Source: Nemertoderma westbladi (Eukaryota > Animalia > Xenacoelomorpha). Taken from it: a stretch of 40,800 bases of DNA. The notes under the pieces are model-generated. The model ran no database searches. It was not told the origin of the DNA and worked only from the letters and a program-made list of their open reading frames with translations. The position numbers and the translations under genes were made by a program. Shown here piece after piece: positions 34,020 through 40,800 of this stretch (its first letter is position 1; the number at the start of each line of letters is the position of its first letter). The DNA lies in contig JAUCBJ010004953.1 of NCBI GenBank assembly GCA_032718475.1, positions 1 to 40,800 of the forward strand, in the 5' to 3' direction.

Positions 34020-37000
34020 AACTTGTTTCTCTATTAGTACGAGCTCCAGCTGCACTCAGTTAGTATTAACTTGTTACTCTATTAGTACGAGCTCCAGCTG
34101 CACTCAGTTAGTATTAATTTGTTACTCTATCAGTACGAGCTCCAGCTGCACTCAGTTAGTATTAACTTGTTACTCTATTAGTACGAGCTCCAGCTGCACT
34201 CAGTTAGTATTAACTTGTTACTCTATTAGTACGAGCTCCAGCTGCACTCAGTTAGTATTAACTTGTTACTCTATTAGTACGAGCTCCAGCTGCACTCAGT
34301 TAGTATTAACTTGTGTTACTCTATTAGTACGAGATCCAGCTGCACTCAGTTAGTATTAACTTGTTACTCGATCAGTACGAGCTCCAGCTGCACTCAGTTA
34401 GTATTAACTTGTTACTCTATCAGTACGAGCTCCAGCTGCACTCAGTTAGTATTAACTTGTTACTCTATCAGTACGAGCTCCAGCTGCACTCAGTTAGTAT
34501 TAACTTGTTACTCTATTAGTACGAGCTCCAGCTGCACTCAGTTAGTATTAACTTGTTACTCTATCAGTACGAGCTCCAGCTGCACTCAGTTAGTATTAAC
34601 TTGTTACTCTATTAGTACGAGCTCCAGCTGCACTCAGTTAGTATTAACTTGTTACTCTATTAGTACGAGCTCCAGCTGCACTCAGTTAGTATTAACTTGT
34701 TACTCTATTAGTACGAGCTCCAGTTGCACTCAGTTAGTATTAACTTGTTACTCTATTAGTACGAGCTCCAGCTGCACTCAGTTAGTATTAACTTGTTACT
34801 CTATTAGTACGAGCTCCAGCTGCACTCAGTTAGTATTAACTTGTTACTCTATTAGTACGAGCTCCAGCTGCACTCAGTTAGTATTAACTTGTTACTCTAT
34901 TAGTACGAGCTCCAGCTGCACTCAGTTAGTATTAACTTGTTACTCTATTAGTACGAGCTCCAGCTGCACTCAGTTAGTATTAACTTGTTACTCTATTAGT
35001 ACGAGCTCCAGCTGCACTCAGTTAGTATTAACTTGTGTTACTCTATTAGTACGAGCTCCAGCTGCACTCAGTTAGTATTAACTTGTTACTCTATTAGTAC
35101 GAGCTCCAGCTGCACTCAGTTAGTATTAACTTGTTACTCTATTAGTACGAGCTCCAGCTGCACTCAGTTAGTATTAACTTGTTACTCTATTAGTACGAGC
35201 TCCAGCTGCACTCAGTTAGTATTAACTTGTTACTCTATTAGTACGAGCTCCAGCTGCACTCAGTTAGTATTAACTTGTTACTCTATTAGTACGAGCTCCA
35301 GCTGCACTCAGTTAGTATTAACTTGTTACTCTATTAGTACGAGCTCCAGCTGCACTCAGTTAGTATTAACTTGTTACTCTATTAGTACGAGCTCCAGCTG
35401 CACTCAGTTAGTATTAACTTGTTACTCTATTAGTACGAGCTCCAGCTGCACTCAGTTAGTATTAACTTGTTACTCTATTAGTACGAGCTCCAGCTGCACT
35501 CAGTTAGTATTAACTTGTTACTCTATTAGTACGAGCTCCAGCTGCACTCAGTTAGTATTAACTTGTTTCTCTATTAGTACGAGCTCCAGCTGCACTCAGT
35601 TAGTATTAACTTGTTACTCTATTAGTACGAGCTCCAGCTGCACTCAGTTAGTATTAACTTGTTACTCTATTAGTACGAGCTCCAGCTGCACTCAGTTAGT
35701 ATTAACTTGTTACTCTATTAGTACGAGCTCCAGCTGCACTCAGTTAGTATTAACTTGTTACTCTATTAGTACGAGCTCCAGCTGCACTCAGTTAGTATTA
35801 ACTTGTTACTCTATTAGTACGAGCTCCAGCTGCACTCAGTTAGTATTAACTTGTTTCTCTATTAGTACGAGCTCCAGCTGCACTCAGTTAGTATTAACTT
35901 GTTTCTCTATTAGTACGAGCTCCAGCTGCACTCAGTTAGTATTAACTTGTTACTCTATTAGTACGAGCTCCAGCTGCACTCAGTTAGTATTAACTTGTTA
36001 CTCTATTAGTACGAGCTCCAGCTGCACTCAGTTAGTATTAACTTGTTACTCTATTAGTACGAGCTCCAGCTGCACTCAGTTAGTATTAACTTGTTTCTCT
36101 ATTAGTACGAGCTCCAGCTGCACTCAGTTAGTATTAACTTGTTTCTCTATTAGTACGAGCTCCAGCTGCACTCAGTTAGTATTAACTTGTTACTCTATTA
36201 GTACGAGCTCCAGCTGCACTCAGTTAGTATTAACTTGTTACTCTATTAGTACGAGCTCCAGCTGCACTCAGTTAGTATTAACTTGTTACTCTATTAGTAC
36301 GAGCTCCAGCTGCACTCAGTTAGTATTAACTTGTTACTCTATTAGTACGAGCTCCAGCTGCACTCAGTTAGTATTAACTTGTTACTCTATTAGTACGAGC
36401 TCCAGCTGCACTCAGTTAGTATTAACTTGTTTCTCTATTAGTACGAGCTCCAGCTGCACTCAGTTAGTATTAACTTGTTACTCTATTAGTACGAGCTCCA
36501 GCTGCACTCAGTTAGTATTAACTTGTTACTCTATTAGTACGAGCTCCAGCTGCACTCAGTTAGTATTAACTTGTTACTCTATTAGTACGAGCTCCAGCTG
36601 CACTCAGTTAGTATTAACTTGTTACTCTATTAGTACGAGCTCCAGCTGCACTCAGTTAGTATTAACTTGTTACTCTATTAGTACGAGCTCCAGCTGCACT
36701 CAGTTAGTATTAACTTGTTACTCTATTAGTACGAGCTCCAGCTGCACTCAGTTAGTATTAACTTGTTACTCTATTAGTACGAGCTCCAGCTGCACTCAGT
36801 TAGTATTAACTTGTTACTCTATTAGTACGAGCTCCAGCTGCACTCAGTTAGTATTAACTTGTTACTCTATTAGTACGAGCTCCAGCTGCACTCAGTTAGT
36901 ATTAACTTGTTACTCTATTAGTACGAGCTCCAGCTGCACTCAGTTAGTATTAACTTGTTACTCTATTAGTACGAGCTCCAGCTGCACTCAGTTAGTATTA

Positions 37001-40000
37001 ACTTGTTACTCTATTAGTACGAGCTCCAGCTGCACTCAGTTAGTATTAACTTGTTACTCTATTAGTACGAGCTCCAGCTGCACTCAGTTAGTATTAACTT
37101 GTTACTCTATTAGTACGAGCTCCAGCTGCACTCAGTTAGTATTAACTTGTTACTCTATTAGTACGAGCTCCAGCTGCACTCAGTTAGTATTAACTTGTTA
37201 CTCTATTAGTACGAGCTCCAGCTGCACTCAGTTAGTATTAACTTGTTACTCTATTAGTACGAGCTCCAGCTGCACTCAGTTAGTATTAACTTGTTACTCT
37301 ATTAGTACGAGCTCCAGCTGCACTCAGTTAGTATTAACTTGTTACTCTATTAGTACGAGCTCCAGCTGCACTCAGTTAGTATTAACTTGTTACTCTATTA
37401 GTACGAGCTCCAGCTGCACTCAGTTAGTATTAACTTGTTACTCTATTAGTACGAGCTCCAGCTGCACTCAGTTAGTATTAACTTGTTACTCTATTAGTAC
37501 GAGCTCCAGCTGCACTCAGTTAGTATTAACTTGTTACTCTATTAGTACGAGCTCCAGCTGCACTCAGTTAGTATTAACTTGTTACTCTATTAGTACGAGC
37601 TCCAGCTGCACTCAGTTAGTATTAACTTGTTACTCTATTAGTACGAGCTCCAGCTGCACTCAGTTAGTATTAACTTGTTACTCTATTAGTACGAGCTCCA
37701 GCTGCACTCAGTTAGTATTAACTTGTTACTCTATTAGTACGAGCTCCAGCTGCACTCAGTTAGTATTAACTTGTTACTCTATTAGTACGAGCTCCAGCTG
37801 CACTCAGTTAGTATTAACTTGTTACTCTATTAGTACGAGCTCCAGCTGCACTCAGTTAGTATTAACTTGTTACTCTATTAGTACGAGCTCCAGCTGCACT
37901 CAGTTAGTATTAACTTGTTACTCTATTAGTACGAGCTCCAGCTGCACTCAGTTAGTATTAACTTGTTACTCTATTAGTACGAGCTCCAGCTGCACTCAGT
38001 TAGTATTAACTTGTTACTCTATTAGTACGAGCTCCAGCTGCACTCAGTTAGTATTAACTTGTTACTCTATTAGTACGAGCTCCAGCTGCACTCAGTTAGT
38101 ATTAACTTGTTACTCTATTAGTACGAGCTCCAGCTGCACTCAGTTAGTATTAACTTGTTACTCTATTAGTACGAGCTCCAGCTGCACTCAGTTAGTATTA
38201 ACTTGTTTCTCTATTAGTACGAGCTCCAGCTGCACTCAGTTAGTATTAACTTGTTACTCTATTAGTACGAGCTCCAGCTGCACTCAGTTAGTATTAACTT
38301 GTTACTCTATTAGTACGAGCTCCAGCTGCACTCAGTTAGTATTAACTTGTTACTCTATTAGTACGAGCTCCAGCTGCACTCAGTTAGTATTAACTTGTTA
38401 CTCTATTAGTACGAGCTCCAGCTGCACTCAGTTAGTATTAACTTGTTACTCTATTAGTACGAGCTCCAGCTGCACTCAGTTAGTATTAACTTGTTACTCT
38501 ATTAGTACGAGCTCCAGCTGCACTCAGTTAGTATTAACTTGTTACTCTATTAGTACGAGCTCCAGCTGCACTCAGTTAGTATTAACTTGTTACTCTATTA
38601 GTACGAGCTCCAGCTGCACTCAGTTAGTATTAACTTGTTACTCTATTAGTACGAGCTCCAGCTGCACTCAGTTAGTATTAACTTGTTTCTCTATTAGTAC
38701 GAGCTCCAGCTGCACTCAGTTAGTATTAACTTGTTTCTCTATTAGTACGAGCTCCAGCTGCACTCAGTTAGTATTAACTTGTTACTCTATTAGTACGAGC
38801 TCCAGCTGCACTCAGTTAGTATTAACTTGTTACTCTATTAGTACGAGCTCCAGCTGCACTCAGTTAGTATTAACTTGTTACTCTATTAGTACGAGCTCCA
38901 GCTGCACTCAGTTAGTATTAACTTGTTTCTCTATTAGTACGAGCTCCAGCTGCACTCAGTTAGTATTAACTTGTTTCTCTATTAGTACGAGCTCCAGCTG
39001 CACTCAGTTAGTATTAACTTGTTACTCTATTAGTACGAGCTCCAGCTGCACTCAGTTAGTATTAACTTGTTACTCTATTAGTACGAGCTCCAGCTGCACT
39101 CAGTTAGTATTAACTTGTTACTCTATTAGTACGAGCTCCAGCTGCACTCAGTTAGTATTAACTTGTTACTCTATTAGTACGAGCTCCAGCTGCACTCAGT
39201 TAGTATTAACTTGTTACTCTATTAGTACGAGCTCCAGCTGCACTCAGTTAGTATTAACTTGTTACTCTATTAGTACGAGCTCCAGCTGCACTCAGTTAGT
39301 ATTAACTTGTTACTCTATTAGTACGAGCTCCAGCTGCACTCAGTTAGTATTAACTTGTTACTCTATTAGTACGAGCTCCAGCTGCACTCAGTTAGTATTA
39401 ACTTGTTACTCTATTAGTACGAGCTCCAGCTGCACTCAGTTAGTATTAACTTGTTACTCTATTAGTACGAGCTCCAGCTGCACTCAGTTAGTATTAACTT
39501 GTTACTCTATTAGTACGAGCTCCAGCTGCACTCAGTTAGTATTAACTTGTTACTCTATTAGTACGAGCTCCAGCTGCACTCAGTTAGTATTAACTTGTTA
39601 CTCTATTAGTACGAGCTCCAGCTGCACTCAGTTAGTATTAACTTGTTACTCTATTAGTACGAGCTCCAGCTGCACTCAGTTAGTATTAACTTGTTACTCT
39701 ATTAGTACGAGCTCCAGCTGCACTCAGTTAGTATTAACTTGTTACTCTATTAGTACGAGCTCCAGCTGCACTCAGTTAGTATTAACTTGTTACTCTATTA
39801 GTACGAGCTCCAGCTGCACTCAGTTAGTATTAACTTGTTACTCTATTAGTACGAGCTCCAGCTGCACTCAGTTAGTATTAACTTGTTACTCTATTAGTAC
39901 GAGCTCCAGCTGCACTCAGTTAGTATTAACTTGTTACTCTATTAGTACGAGCTCCAGCTGCACTCAGTTAGTATTAACTTGTTACTCTATTAGTACGAGC

Positions 40001-40800
40001 TCCAGCTGCACTCAGTTAGTATTAACTTGTTACTCTATTAGTACGAGCTCCAGCTGCACTCAGTTAGTATTAACTTGTTACTCTATTAGTACGAGCTCCA
40101 GCTGCACTCAGTTAGTATTAACTTGTTACTCTATTAGTACGAGCTCCAGCTGCACTCAGTTAGTATTAACTTGTTACTCTATTAGTACGAGCTCCAGCTG
40201 CACTCAGTTAGTATTAACTTGTTACTCTATTAGTACGAGCTCCAGCTGCACTCAGTTAGTATTAACTTGTTACTCTATTAGTACGAGCTCCAGCTGCACT
40301 CAGTTAGTATTAACTTGTTACTCTATTAGTACGAGCTCCAGCTGCACTCAGTTAGTATTAACTTGTTACTCTATTAGTACGAGCTCCAGCTGCACTCAGT
40401 TAGTATTAACTTGTTACTCTATTAGTACGAGCTCCAGCTGCACTCAGTTAGTATTAACTTGTTACTCTATTAGTACGAGCTCCAGCTGCACTCAGTTAGT
40501 ATTAACTTGTTACTCTATTAGTACGAGCTCCAGCTGCACTCAGTTAGTATTAACTTGTTACTCTATTAGTACGAGCTCCAGCTGCACTCAGTTAGTATTA
40601 ACTTGTTACTCTATTAGTACGAGCTCCAGCTGCACTCAGTTAGTATTAACTTGTTACTCTATTAGTACGAGCTCCAGCTGCACTCAGTTAGTATTAACTT
40701 GTTACTCTATTAGTACGAGCTCCAGCTGCACTCAGTTAGTATTAACTTGTTACTCTATTAGTACGAGCTCCAGCTGCACTCAGTTAGTATTAACTTGTTA
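34020..40800. repeat. 48-bp satellite, ~141 near-identical copies, runs off the window
   Basis: Unit acttgttactctattagtacgagctccagctgcactcagttagtatta; few variants, mostly near the left edge. Confidence 0.99.

Noticed and set aside
34020-40800. CRISPR array, or long Cys/Ser-rich protein (CYSISTSSSCTQLVLT)n
   Set aside because: There are no unique spacers or cas genes. The ORF arises only because 48 is divisible by 3, and it lacks an ATG start.

Overview
AT-rich, intron-containing animal (probably invertebrate) genomic DNA; no prokaryotic operons, rRNA, tRNA or CRISPR arrays. The one supportable host gene is a + strand spliced gene ending in an ANKS1-family (Odin/AIDA-1-like) PTB domain. Its exons are about 23825-23983, 24113-24280, 28924-29088, 29260-29385, 29939-30076 and 33124-33294, with a possible upstream exon at 3680-3784; all predicted introns are GT-AG and phase 0. 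The introns are packed with mobile elements: a near-intact L2/CR1-group LINE, a Sola1-like DNA transposon, an RTE LINE with an L2 nested inside it, piggyBac-like ends, two decayed divergent Helitron-like HUH Rep copies, a Chapaev-3-like fragment, an unclassified transposase-like remnant and a gag-less Gypsy element with matching LTRs. Tandem repeats are a 60-bp satellite with a 531-bp higher-order repeat and a solo LTR inside it, a 77-bp minisatellite, a 36-bp minisatellite and a very homogeneous 48-bp satellite. The most striking observation is that the 36-bp array is the exon/intron junction of a PTB exon (27 nt exon end plus the GTAAGT donor) amplified about 75 times, the first 20 copies in frame. 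The 48-bp satellite unit also parses as acceptor / 21-nt microexon / donor. Family assignments rest on recalled motifs, not database searches.
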